DNA from: Nemertoderma westbladi
Taxonomy: Eukaryota > Animalia > Xenacoelomorpha
NCBI GenBank assembly: GCA_032718475.1
Contig: JAUCBJ010003337.1
Location: forward strand, 1-61,109
Direction of reading: 5' to 3'
DNA: 61,109 bases
Below are positions 40,376 to 53,077 of the stretch, piece by piece. Within the stretch, counting starts at the first letter, position 1. Each line of letters opens with the position of its first letter. The notes beneath the pieces are model-generated. The model searched no databases and was not told the origin of the DNA. It was given only the letters and a program-made list of their open reading frames with translations. The translations under genes were made by a program, and so were the position numbers.

Positions 40376-42049
40376 ACTGGTACGCATACACTGTGAATGG
40401 GGTGATATTCGCTGAACATCAATAACAAAGTCTATGGCAAAAATATGTTCTACATCACAAAAATAAAAAACTTAAAAAAAATGTTCTACAAGTCGAACAT
40501 GATTGAAAAAAAAACAAGCCATGTTGTGATTCATTTTGTTAATAATAACCAATGATTAATGTGATTTGATCAACTGGGGTATTTATTTCATTTTCGTAAA
40601 TAAAACAGAACGTTAGGCGTGAACTTCGTGAAAAAAGCATTGTCATCTTATTTTTATAAAATAAGTAAAACTTTATTGATAAAAAAAATGAATGTTAGGT
40701 CAGGTGCGGACTTAGATCCAATAGAATGAAGAAATCCCTAGTAAATATATGTCGCTAGGAGTGAGCGAGTTTTCACAATTGGCGAACAATAACAATTTGG
40801 AGACAGGGGGGGGGGGGGGGAACTGGACGGGAATCCCGCCTTGGCGAATTAATATCCCGCCTCAATGATAAATTCTCAATTTAGGGAAAGGAGCAGGTTA
40901 GAGTGGCACGTTATTTTAACCAAAACAAATATACTAAGCACAATAGAGCAGGTTACAGTTTTATTTTTGAGAATAATATTCAGCTGTTATTTGCGTCGAA
41001 TTTCCCCTGGAGAGGGATTAATTTTATTGCGTCCAATTTCAATTAATCTGCACCACCCCAACCCAAAGGAGAACACAGGATTGATGAAAGGCAGAGGTAT
41101 TAACATAAAATTTGTGATTTAAAAGTAATATGTTATATTTATTTTTAATATAACACAAAATAGAACTGGAAGCGATTCACAAAATTTTGTAAGCGAAACA
41201 GCAAGCTGGCTTAATAGTCTGGCTCATTACAATGGTGCCTTTGAGTAGAGGTGAGGTGAGGTTGGACTGGTTCCCCTTCCATGCTAGGCTAGGCATGCTT
41301 GCTTTACTATTACGCAAATCCCAATCGACCCGTTTTTGGCGACTAATGGTCGCACCCAGTCGGCAGGTCTCGGCCTATCACAAGCCTTCTTGTCTAATTA
41401 ACTATAACTCATCACGTTTTAGGCAATATGATTGGTGTAATGCTTATTGTACGGCTAAATAATAATTTCTTAATAAAGTACTAAATGTACTTTATCTACT
41501 GTTCAGTAATACTATTTATATGATAATTATATTATTCTTATATATGTTATACAGGTATAAGAGTCAGGTCAGGTCCCCAGACCTGCTACCACTATGGCAG
41601 TAATGTGGTACTACCTGTAGCTGCCAGCCCAGTAGGACAGGCCCGATAAGCGCCAGTAGCCTACTCATTATTTAGTTGATCAAGAGTGGGTTGGTTTTAG
41701 CCCCGTCAACTAAATAAGTCATTGAGGGCTATAGCGCCTAGGGCACCATTGAAGGCAAAGGCTCGATACGCATCTACAATAGAGATGATACACGCCCCGC
41801 TCTGTCTATACTATACTTTACTTTAATTACGTTTAGATCAATTAAAAACACATTTCTTAAAGCAAATCACTTGAAATAATTAAAAACTATAATGGAATGG
41901 TGTATGGGTTTTACAGCTGTATAACTTTTAAGTATAATTATTTAAGTCTTATACTAGAAAATAATTAATATCCTTTAAGAGGCAGGTTGAAATTGATGTT
42001 GTTACCCTAATCAACTTAATTAACTAATTAACTACTATTATCTTAGCTT

Positions 42050-43492
42050 CTCGAAGGCCACACGGAAATTCAACTTGGAAAATTACTAAACTTTTGCCAG
42101 ACTACATGTGTACCAACCAAGATTGGATAGATTTCATCAACATTTGGCTGAGTTATTAACGTTTAAAATTGAACACAACAGATCGACAGAACAACAGAAG
42201 GACAGGCACACCGATTTCACCCATCACACCATCACCGATCACACCAACACGTTCGTGGGGCCTTCGCGCAGGACGAGGCCCAGTTATGAGATACAAATTA
42301 AAATTGAGCGACTGTATCACAAAATCAGTATTTGAGAAATTTAACCATACCGACAATCAATCAAAGAAAGGGGGACAGTACGTGTTCAGCCCTTTTAATC
42401 TGCACCCCCCCCCCCCCCCCCCCCCCCTTCCTACCAACCAATACATAACCGCGACATCTACCACCCAAGGGGCGGAAGGGTAGCACAAACTTATTTCCAA
42501 TCACACGTTCAATATGCGAAGCCATGTGGTTTATAGGAAATATGAGAATTCGAGAAAATCGAGAATACGAGAAACTCGATCGAAATACCTGCTCATCCCA
42601 GTATCCGTCCGTAGTCACCGGACAGCTGCGGTTTATTCCCGTAGAACAGTAGAATTCCCGCAGCTTCCGACCCAATTCGACAACGAATTCGCCTCACACT
42701 TTCGCGTGGCAGAGAACGTAATCCGGTGCGATACACGTCTGCCCGACTTTCAACAATTTCCCCCAGGCGATCCCAGGATCCGGCTGTCCGGGCCGCCGCT
42801 AAACCCAAATCGCAATCCTCGTCGATTCGTCCAGTCGTCGACGTAAGTCGGACTCTTCCCACCGCACTCCAAGGTGGGTGGCTTGAGTGAGGCATGAGGA
42901 ACTTGGCAGTAGTGGCCCGCATTATTACGATCCGACCGACCGCCGTATTCCCAGTGTAGTAAATATAATCTTACTGACAAGCAAGCAATTCCGTAGTATT
43001 TATTCCTCAGTTAATCGCATCTTGATGCCACTCGGCTGCTCGGGTCCAGATACATCGGACTGTCGGAAGCTGTTTAGATGAAGAAGTTGTTTAGATGGCC
43101 TTGCCAACGACCAACGACCTGAAGACGGTACCGGTAACTCTGTACCACTGTAACAGTTAACAGTACCGGTACCGTACTGTAATCCTGTAGTCTCCTAGCA
43201 ACCAGCTGATGCCAAGCCTAATAATTTTTGGGTAGATTAATTTATTATAACTGTAAGACAGTTACACAGATGCTGCACGAAGACCCCACGCAAATTCAAC
43301 TTGGAAAATTTCTAAACTTTTGCCAGACTACATATGTACCAAGTTTGGATATATTTTATCGAGATTTGGCTGAGTTATTAACGTTTAAAATTGGACACGA
43401 CAGAACGACAGAACAACAGATGCAACAGACACACCGATTGAGTTAGTGGTACCTGTATGCTAAGCTCGCTTACTTTCGTCGCTCGCCCCACA
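42050..43492 (+). repeat. Two direct copies (42050-42215, 43277-43492) of a Helentron/HINE-like repeat flanking the ALDH fragment
   Basis: Shared AAATTCAACTTGGAAAATT...TTTGCCAGACTACAT...TTTGGCTGAGTTATTAACGTTTAAAATTG...ACAGAACAACAG...CACACCGATT; family assignment is inference. Confidence 0.7.
42555..43005 (-). pseudogene. Frameshifted ALDH3-family aldehyde dehydrogenase fragment
   Basis: Collinear motifs across frames: [86 protein letters not shown]. Confidence 0.9.
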
Positions 43493-44530
43493 TTCCTTAA
43501 CATAAATGGGACCCTAGTACCCGCAAAGCCATCATTAACATTCTTGGGTTTCAAATTCACATCTGCATCGAATAGACTGGCCGACTGCATTCGAATAATC
43601 GCTTCAGCCACCGACACATTTCAAAGAAACAGTTGGACCGTTCGTTGGCTGCATACCGACATCCTTAGTCACTTATGGGAGGTAATCGGCGTCCCCAACA
43701 TTTTATATAGCTTAAAGTTCCTTATTGGTACGTTATTATCCAGCGACATAGCGCACTTAGATGTCAACTACAGAAAAATCCTTCGTGGCCTACTGTGTCT
43801 TGGGACGTATGTCAATAATCACACCATTCTCCGTATACTGCATTGCAAACCGATATCTACGGAAGCGTTCTCTGCCTCAATTGGTACAATAACCCGATGT
43901 ACACGATGTCCAAATCCAACACTGCAATCTATCCTACGAAAATCTTTGCAAACCCACTCTGATCCTCACTCCAGCTATGTTGGTCTCGGCAGCTCTTACA
44001 GTAAATGCAACAATTTGTATCCGATGCCGCACATCTCTTCTCTCCTCACCTTCCAGTATAATAAGGAAGCATTGTTGTCAAGGATGAATTGTGGTTCGAT
44101 GTCAACAAGCGATCGTATAAAAATGGATCTCATCACGAATTGTTACAACCTCCAGAATGAATCATTCTCGTCTAGGAACTCTCACATCCTTGAGTTTTTC
44201 AACGCGATATAGACACCGACCCTACTAAGCACTATCATATAAATATCATTATGTTCCTTGTGGTGCTGGGCACGCTGGTATTACGGGATGTTTGTTTCCA
44301 ACAACCACCCCCCCCCCCCCCCCCCCCAAACCCACTCGGTAACATAATATAACTTGTACTGATACGATTGATTGACGTATTGGATAATGTGCAATAGGAT
44401 TATCGTGCGATGTTAATCATATATTTCATGTTTGCTGCCCAACGTGTATATATAATTCGGTTCCGCCTGATTTTATTTCTGCCTTATCTCACATTTTATT
44501 TCTATGTTGTTTACAATCATGATAAATAAA
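43493..44530 (+). mobile_element. 3' fragment of a non-LTR retrotransposon (region after the RT core, plus 3' UTR)
   Basis: INGTLV...LTFLGFKF...GVPNILYS...YRKILRGLL resembles the RT thumb region; AATAAATAA near 44525. Confidence 0.6.
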
Positions 44531-44915
44531 TAATTTTAATATATGGCGCCACCGTGCGGCCGCAATACGAATGAATGAACGATTGAGTTAGTGGTACCTG
44601 TATGGATGCTAAGCTCGCTTACTATCGTGGCTCGCCCCACATCCGATAATAAAATCCCGAATGATGCCATTACTAACTAACTAGTAAATAGGGAGGGGCC
44701 GCTCTACCTCACACTGTTTGTTTATATTATATAATATACTTTAAGCAAGAATATACAGTAGTATACTATAATAGACACTAATATAGGGTATACTATAATA
44801 GTGTACTTTCACTCTACAGTATACTAAAATAGAAACCCAATCATAGCATACTATAACACTACGTGTATTATAGGCGAAACTTATTATTATTATTATTCCG
44901 TTGTACTATACTAAC

Positions 44916-45064
44916 CCCTGGATGGAACGATGGGAGTCCAAGGCCAACACCCACTGTGGCTTTATAAGGATGCACAACTGCGTTATAATGCACATCGCCA
45001 TGGTAACTAACGCGTATTGGTTCATTGTCAGTTTTATGTGATCCGTGAAAAATGTTAATGGGAA
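44916..45064 (-). CDS. OTUD5: OTUD5 exon 4 (catalytic His box)
   Basis: PINIFHG...[36 protein letters not shown]; TTTTTAG acceptor, GTTAGT donor; 149 nt. Confidence 0.95.
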
Positions 45065-45170
45065 CTAAAAAATAATAATAACAATGAACTATCCGATTCG
45101 CAAGTCCATATACATCCTACAAAGCATTGACAAAGACTATATATATATTCAGCCCCGATTATAAAGTTGT

Positions 45171-45498
45171 CTACTACTACTACTAGGATCGGCATGCTGC
45201 ATTGCAGCTACATTTTTAAATGCGGTGCCGGCTTGTCGACAAAATTGCGCCGCCACAACTCTGTATCACCCATGACATTTGCTAGATCATCCGCATCTTC
45301 AAGGCCAGTGTCCTTTAAGATGCGTCTCAAGAAAGTCATGGACTGTCCACCATGCTTATTCACTCCATGAGGCTGCCAAAGCACAAGATTGTGCACTGGT
45401 TGGTCCTCATGGCGAAAGCAATGTCCTGCAAAGCGGAGGCGGCTTTGTTCTAGTGTTAAGCTTGGGGGAACCAATGAGACACCTCCAATGTTATATAG
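45171..45498 (-). mobile_element. RTE 3' end with (TAG)n tail; continues at 46683-46725
   Basis: LEQSRLRFAGHC on the minus strand; CTACTACTACTACTAGG tail; interrupted at TATAGT. Confidence 0.9.
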
Positions 45499-46681
45499 TG
45501 TCAAAAAAGGAAGATAGGCATCTGGCTGTTATATTTGTTGACTTCTTCAAGGCCTTTGATTCAGTCTCTCGCTCACGTATGTTCAGCATACTTTCATTAT
45601 ATGGGATTCCTGATGAAATTATTGCAGCAATCAGATCAGTATACGATGGTTCGACAACATTTGTGTCTACTGTTGATGGTGACACAGAACCATTTGAAGT
45701 GTTATGGGGCGTCCTCCAAGGAGACACACTTGCACCATTCTTGTTCATTATTGTGGTTGACTATGTTCTACGCATGTCCTTAGATCATTATAATGATGAT
45801 GGGGTGATGATAACTCCACTGGCTCCAGAAGTCGAGGAAATCCTGCCAAGTACCTAACTGATCTAGACTTCGCTGATGACGTAGGAGTACTCTCAGAATC
45901 ATTAGAGGGAGCCCAACGGCTCCTCAGCTCATTAGAACATGCTGCTTCTAGTGTTGGTCTTTTTATTAACTCCAGAAAGACCAAAATTCTGACAGTTAAC
46001 TTTGAAAGTCCTCAGCAAGTCTCTGATCGGATGAGCATAAGCTCAAAGGATGGTATGCTTGAGCATGTGGACGACTTCTGTTACCTGGGATCATGGATCC
46101 GGAAGTCAGGTGAGGACCTTCGAATACGTAAGGGAAAGGCATGGGCAGCCTTGAATAGGCTTTCCAGGATTTGGAAGTCACCGAGAATTAATCGGAAACT
46201 TAAGGTCCGATTATTTAGAGCAGCAGTAGTTCCAGTACTCCTCTACGGGAGTCCATGCTGGGCTCTAACTGCTGAGGACATCAAATCTCTGGATGGCACA
46301 TTCACAAGAATGCTACGCCGGGTTCATTGTGTCAAGTACAATGCACACATCTCCAACCAGACACTATATAACATTGGAGGTGTCTCATTGGTTCCCCCAA
46401 GCTTGACACTAGAACAAAATCGCCTCCGCTTTGCAGGACATTGCTTTCGCCGTGAGGACCAGCCAGTGCATAATCTTGTACTTTGACAGCCTCATGGAGT
46501 GAATAAGCATGGTGGACAGCCCATGACTTTCTTGAGACGCATCTTAAAGGACACTGGCCTTAAAGATGCGGATGATCTAGCAAATGTCATGGGTGATAGG
46601 GAGTTGTGGCGGTGCAATTTTGTTGACAAGCCGGCACAGCATTCTTAAAAATGCAGCTGCAATGCAGCATGCCGATCCTAG
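45499..46681 (+). mobile_element. 5'-truncated RTE LINE (RT and 3' end)
   Basis: FVDFFKAFD, GVLQGDTLAPFLF, frameshift, DLDFADD, YLGS, RLRFAGHC. Confidence 0.93.
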
Positions 46682-46725
46682 TATAGTCTGGTTGGAGATG
46701 TGTGCATTGCACTTGACACAGTGAA

Positions 46726-49700
46726 CTCTATATTTCAGACTAACCTGTAATGTACCGGTATCTCTATATTTCAGACTAACCTGTACTGTATCTCTATATT
46801 TTAGACTAACCTCTACTGTATCTCTATATTTCAGACTAACCCGTACTGTAATGTATCTCTATATTTCAGACTAACCTGTAATGTACCGGTATCTCTATAT
46901 TTCAGACTAACCTGTACTGTATCTCTATATTTTAGACTAACCTCTACTGTATCTCTATATTTCAGACTAACCTGTAATGTATCTCTATATTTCAGACTAT
47001 CCTGTACTGTATCTCTCTCTATATTTAAGACTAACCTGTACTGTATCTCTATATTTCAGACTAACCTGTACTGTACCGGTATCTCTATAATTCAGACTAA
47101 CCTGTATTGTATCTCTATATTTCAGACTAACCTGTACTGTACCGGTATCTCTATATTTCAGACTAACCCGTACTGTATCTCTATATTTTAGACTAACCTC
47201 TACTGTATCTCTATATTTCAGACTAACCTGTACTGTATCTCTATATTTCAGACTAACCTGTACTGTATCTCTCTCTATATTTAAGACTAACCTGTACTGT
47301 ATCTCTATATTTCAGACTAACCTGTACTGTACCGGTATCTCTATATTTCAGACTAACCTGTACTGTATCTCTATATTTCAGACTAACCTGTACTGTATCT
47401 CTCTCTATATTTAAGACTAACCTGTACTGTATCTCTATATTTCAGACTAACCTGTAATGTACCGGTATCTCTATATTTCAGACTAACCTGTACTGTATCT
47501 CTATATTTTAGACTAACCTCTACTGTATCTCTATATTTCAGACTAACCCGTACTGTAATGTATCTCTATATTTCAGACTAACCTGTAATGTACCGGTATC
47601 TCTATATTTCAGACTAACCTGTACTGTATCTCTATATTTCAGACTAACCTGTACTGTACCGGTATCTCTATATTTCAGACTAACCTGTACTGTATCTCTA
47701 TATTTCAGACTAACCTGTACTGTATCTCTCTCTATATTTAAGACTAACCTGTACTGTATCTCTATATTTCAGACTAACCTGTACTTTAATGTATCTCTAT
47801 ATTTCAGACTAACCTGTACTGTATCTCTCTCTATATTTAAGACTAACCTGTACTGTATCTCTATATTTCAGACTAACCTGTACTGTATCTCTCTCTATAT
47901 TTAAGACTAACCTGTACTGTATTTCTATATTTCAGACTAACCTGTACTGTATCTGTATCTCTATATTTCAGACTAAACTGTAATGTATCTCTAATCTCTA
48001 TATTTCAGACTAACCTGTACTGTATCTCTATATTTCAGACTAACCTGTACTGTATCTGTATCTCTATATTTCAGACTAAACTGTAATGTATCTCTAATCT
48101 CTATATTTCAGACTAACCTGTACTGTATCTCTATATTTCAGACTAACCTGTACTGTATTTCTATATTTCAGACTAACCTGTACTGTACTGTATCTCTATA
48201 TTTCAGACTAACCTGTACTGTACTGTATCTCTATATTTCAGACTAACCTGTACTGTAATGTATCTCTATATTTCAGACTAACCTGTAATGTATCTCTATA
48301 TTTCAGACTAACCTGTACTGTATCTCTATATTTCAGACTAACCTGTACTGTACCGGTATCTCTATATTTCAGACTAAACTGTAATGTATCTCTAATCTCT
48401 ATATTTCAGACTAACCTGTACTGTATCTGTATCTCTATATTTCAGACTAAACTGTAATGTATCTCTAATCTCTATATTTCAGACTAAACTGTACTGTATC
48501 TCTATATTTCAGACTAACCTGTACTGTATCTCTCTCTATTTTCAAGACTAACCTGTATTGTATCTCTATATTTCAGACTAACCTGTACTGTAATGTATCT
48601 CTATATTTCAGACTAACCTGTACTGTATCTCTATATTTCAGACTAAACTGTAATGTATCTCTAATCTCTATATTTCAGACTAACCTGTAATGTATCTCTA
48701 TATTCAAGACTAACCTGTACTGTATCTCTATATTTCAGACTAACCTGTACTTTAATGTATCTCTATATTTCAGACTAACCTGTACTGTATCTCTATATTT
48801 CAGACTAACCTGTACTGTATCTCTATATTTCAGACTAACCTGTACTGTACCGGTATCTCTACATTTCAGACTAACCTGTACTGTACTGTATCTCTATATT
48901 TCAGACTAACCTGTACTGTACTGTATCTCTATATTTCAGACTAACCTGTACTGTAATGTATCTCTATATTTCAGACTAACCTGTAATGTATCTCTATATT
49001 TCAGACTAACCTGTACTGTATCTCTATATTTCAGACTAACCTGTACTGTACTGTATCTCTATATTTCAGACTAACCTGTACTGCAATGTATCTCTATATT
49101 TCAGACTAACCTGTACTGTAATGTATCTCTATATTTCAGACTAACCTGTACTGAGTACTGTATCTCTATATTTCAGACTAACCTGTACTGTACTGTATCT
49201 CTATATTTCAGACTAACCTGTACTTAATGTATCTCTATATTTCAGACTAACCTGTAATGTATCTCTATATTTCAGACTAACCTGTACTGTATCTCTATAT
49301 TTCAGACTAACCTGTACTGTAATGTATCTCTATATTTCAGACTAACCTGTAATGTACCGGTATCTCTATATTTCAGACTAACCTGTAATGTACCGGTATC
49401 TCTATATTTCAGACTAACCTGTACTGTATCTCTATATTTCAGACTAACCTGTACTGTACTGTATCTCTATATTTCAGACTAACCTGTACTGTATCTCTAT
49501 ATTTCAGACTAACCTGTACTGTATCTCTCTCTATATTCAAGACTAACCTGTACTGTATTTCTATATTTCAGACTAACCTGTACTGTATTTCTATATTTCA
49601 GACTAACCTGTACTGTATCTCTCTCTATATTCAAGACTAACCTGTACTGTATTTCTATATTTCAGACTAACCTGTACTGTATTTCTATATTTCAGACTAA

Positions 49701-50423
49701 CCTGTACTGTATCTGTATCTCTATATTTCAGACTAAACTGTAATGTATCTCTAATCTCTATATATTTCTGACTAACCTGTAATGTATCTCTATATTTCAG
49801 ACTAACCTGTACTGTATCTCTCTCTATATTCAAGACTAACCTGTACTGTATTTCTATATTTCAGACTAACCTGTACTGTATTTCTATATTTCAGACTAAC
49901 CTGTACTGTATCTGTATCTCTATATTTCAGACTAAACTGTAATGTATCTCTAATCTCTATATATTTCTGACTAACCTGTAATGTATCTCTATATTTCAGA
50001 CTAACCTGTACTGTATCTCTATATTTCAGACTAACCTGTACTGTATCCCTATATTTCAGACTAACCTGTAATGTACCGGTATCTCTATATTTCAGACTAA
50101 CCTGTAATGTACCGGTATCTCTATATTTCAGACTAACCTGTACTGTATCTCTATATTTCAGACTAACCTGTACTGTACCGGTATCTCTATATTTCAGACT
50201 AACCTGTACTGTACTGTATCTCTATATTTCAGACTAACCTGTTCTGTATCTCTATATTTCAGACTAACCTGTACTGTATCCCTATATTTCAGACTAACCT
50301 GTAATGTACCGGTATCTCTATATTTCAGACTAACCTGTACTGTATCTCTATATTTCAGACTAACCTGTACTGTAACGGTATCTCTATATTTCAGACTAAC
50401 CTGTACTGTATCTGTATATTTCA
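46726..50423 (-). repeat. 30-bp satellite (about 115 copies) derived from the OTUD5 exon 3 / intron 3 junction
   Basis: Minus-strand unit TGAAATATAGAGATACAGTACAG|GTTAGTC versus exon end TGAAATATACAGATACAGTACAG|GTTAGTC. Confidence 0.97.
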
Positions 50424-50557
50424 ATAGGCCTGTTATAGAGTTCCGAAATCGCTTGAATTTCCACGTAGTTTCCATGGCAATGGAGATCCCTCTTACGGCC
50501 AATGTATGTATTAAAATCCTCAGTAATGTAATTAATGAAATAGTCTCTGTTTTTCGT
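50401..50557 (-). CDS. OTUD5: OTUD5 exon 3
   Basis: [52 protein letters not shown]; TAG acceptor, CAG|GTTAGT donor; 157 nt; this frame is not in the ORF track. Confidence 0.95.
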
Positions 50558-51554
50558 CTATCAATAAACAATAAATTAAATCAACTATGGATATAGTGTA
50601 GGCGGAGTTGTATATAATATAAAAGTGCAGAAGTATGCAACCAAGTCTTTTGGAAACTATACTGCATTTTTTACTTCAACATACAAACATTTGAAACACC
50701 ATGGCTGATTCCAAAACTGTAAATTTAAAAGCTTGTGATGTGAGGCATAAAGAAAAGTGTTCAAAGTATAATATCTGCGCGACCGCCTTATAATCATATA
50801 TCCCATTTTTGTGATGACCAACTTCTGCAACCCCCTCTTATAACCATTGCACTTAGGCTCTGAATCTACTGGGTGTTAAGGCTGACACAGACACAACAGT
50901 AGAGTGATTACCACGCGAGATATATTACAACATGCACAGGGCAACTTAACTAAAAATGTGCTGTATAAATAAATATATTCCAGCATACAGACAAACAAAC
51001 AGATAAACAGACAGACAGTTGAATATCTCGACAAATGATCACCCAAATGTTGTATTTCATGTGTCGATTCGGCACTGTGTGTACACGTACTACATGACAC
51101 TCACCCACTGCATAGAACATTGCGGGTAGAATGCTCCTCTTCTGCATTCTTAGAGGTAAAGTACAATTATATTTTAAGTGGTATGCCCTATGCATTGACA
51201 CCTGATGTTGAACAGAGTCCGCATATATTTTGTGCAATTGTCCATATTCCCACTAAATTTGTCGTTGGGGTTAGAATTATGAAACAGTGTAATAGGAATT
51301 TCAAAAGTTAGTCATCACTACAATAAAATTGAGTACTGTCTGTTGACTTTCTATACATCGTGTCTTCGACCACGATCGACAGTGCTCAAAGACATCACGC
51401 AAACATCACGTTTTCTGATGAAGAAACTTGTGCAGCTTCTATTAAAATAAATATGCCGGTGGTGTTGATGGTGTACCTCGTGAGATATTAGTCTAGACCC
51501 TATACCTAGAATGATTTAAATACTAATTCAACATATTTGAATGGGCTGGATTGG

Positions 51555-51790
51555 CTTGAATTTGCTGGACACTGCCGGAGAAGTAAACATGAGGTCATAC
51601 CAGATCTATATTTCTGGCGACCAACACAAGGAAAGCGTAGCCGTGGACGACGGGCTATAACCTATATAGACCATCTTGAAAGGGATACTGAACTTGGGAG
51701 AAACGAAATTGCGTCAACTATGGAGAATCGGGAAGCCTGGAAGGATCTCATTTCCACTGTCCGAGCTCACTCGACCTAGTAGTAATAAGC
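51555..51790 (+). mobile_element. 3' end of a second RTE family
   Basis: LEFAGHCRRS...WRPTQGKRSRGRR...MENREAW, followed by a TAGTAGTAA tail. Confidence 0.8.
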
Positions 51791-52176
51791 AATTCATCAG
51801 ATTAATGTTGAGTCGACGAAAGGATCCTGTTAAAAGGCTCCAGTTGTTTTGGCAACCACAAATGGTTTCGAATAGGTAGAAGTACCCTAGATCCCATTGT
51901 GGAATTTAGGACGATCAGAGGAATTGTCCACCCGTGATTGAGGTCCATGGGATCCCACATGGGCAAATTACTGCAATAAAATCACTGTGTAATGGTCCTA
52001 CAACATTTCCAACAACATCCCCATGGTTGTAAGAGCAGAGGAATGCCACCATCAGTACACTCCCCAACGGACGTTGCTGATGACTTGGGTTTGATGTAAG
52101 ATTTAAATATAATATTAAAAAAGACTAACAACAGTATAGATCAGGTATATCAATCCAGATTGATTGATTGATGTCA

Positions 52177-52552
52177 ACATATACAAGAATGCTACGTCGG
52201 GTGCATGGTGTCAAGTACAATGAACATATCTCCAATCAGACAATATACAACATTAGAAAATTTGCAGTAGTCCTCCCAAGTTTGACACTTGAACAAAGCT
52301 GCCTCCACTTCGCAGGGCATTGGGCCATGTGGACCAACCTTTGCACAATCTTGTGCTTTGGCAGCCTCATTGACAGAACAAGCATGGTGGACAAGGACAA
52401 CCCATGACTTTATTGAGACGCCTTTTAAGGGAGACCGGCCTTGAGGATCTCGAGAAAACCATGAGGATAGGGAGTTGTAGCAGCGCAATTTAGTGGCTAA
52501 GCCGACATACATTCTTAAAGTAACCGTAATGCAGTCAGGCCAGCATGCCGAT
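52177..52552 (+). mobile_element. Diverged RTE 3' fragment
   Basis: YTRMLRRVHGVKYNEHISNQ...HFAGH; aligns to 46300-46680. Confidence 0.8.
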
Positions 52553-53077
52553 TATAGATAAATGATCACATAAAAGACTTATCCTACCTATAATATTGGA
52601 TCCGGAGATCTGCTGGCCCCTGGTGAGTGTTGTAGCAGAAGAAACCAGATCTCTTGACATGACCTGTGTGCTACGAGTCTCCGTGCATGGGCTACAATGC
52701 TCATTCAACAAATGAGGCATTGTGCAAATTCGGTAACATAGTATATATCGTCAAAAACCAGCGCTACCCTACTGACACGATTGAGTCGTACATGCCACTA
52801 CATTACACTACACTACACTACACTACATAACATTTGCTGATCTACACGTTTCTACTCACCAGCCAGATGCTGATGGGAAGGAAAACTGTTGTTACAGTTG
52901 TGTCCTTCCTGGCTTACAAATAACAGCTAAGTGGAGCTTCTGTGATTGATTCAAGTTCCCATTTCCTTTACTTTTACTATATTATTCAACCACGGACTGA
53001 AGTTCTCTTTGACCTCTTTGGGTCTGGGTGTACGTCTATGAAGCTTGAAGCTGTTTAGTGAGAAAAAAGCGGCCACG

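Noticed and set aside
42404-42427. Long poly-C/poly-G runs (also near 1318, 6150, 13878, 30835, 40806, 44307)
   Set aside because: Homopolymer lengths are unreliable in assemblies and no function is supportable
49603-50571. ORFs with a repeating [10 protein letters not shown] peptide
   Set aside because: Off-frame translation of the satellite; the conserved OTUD5 frame is different
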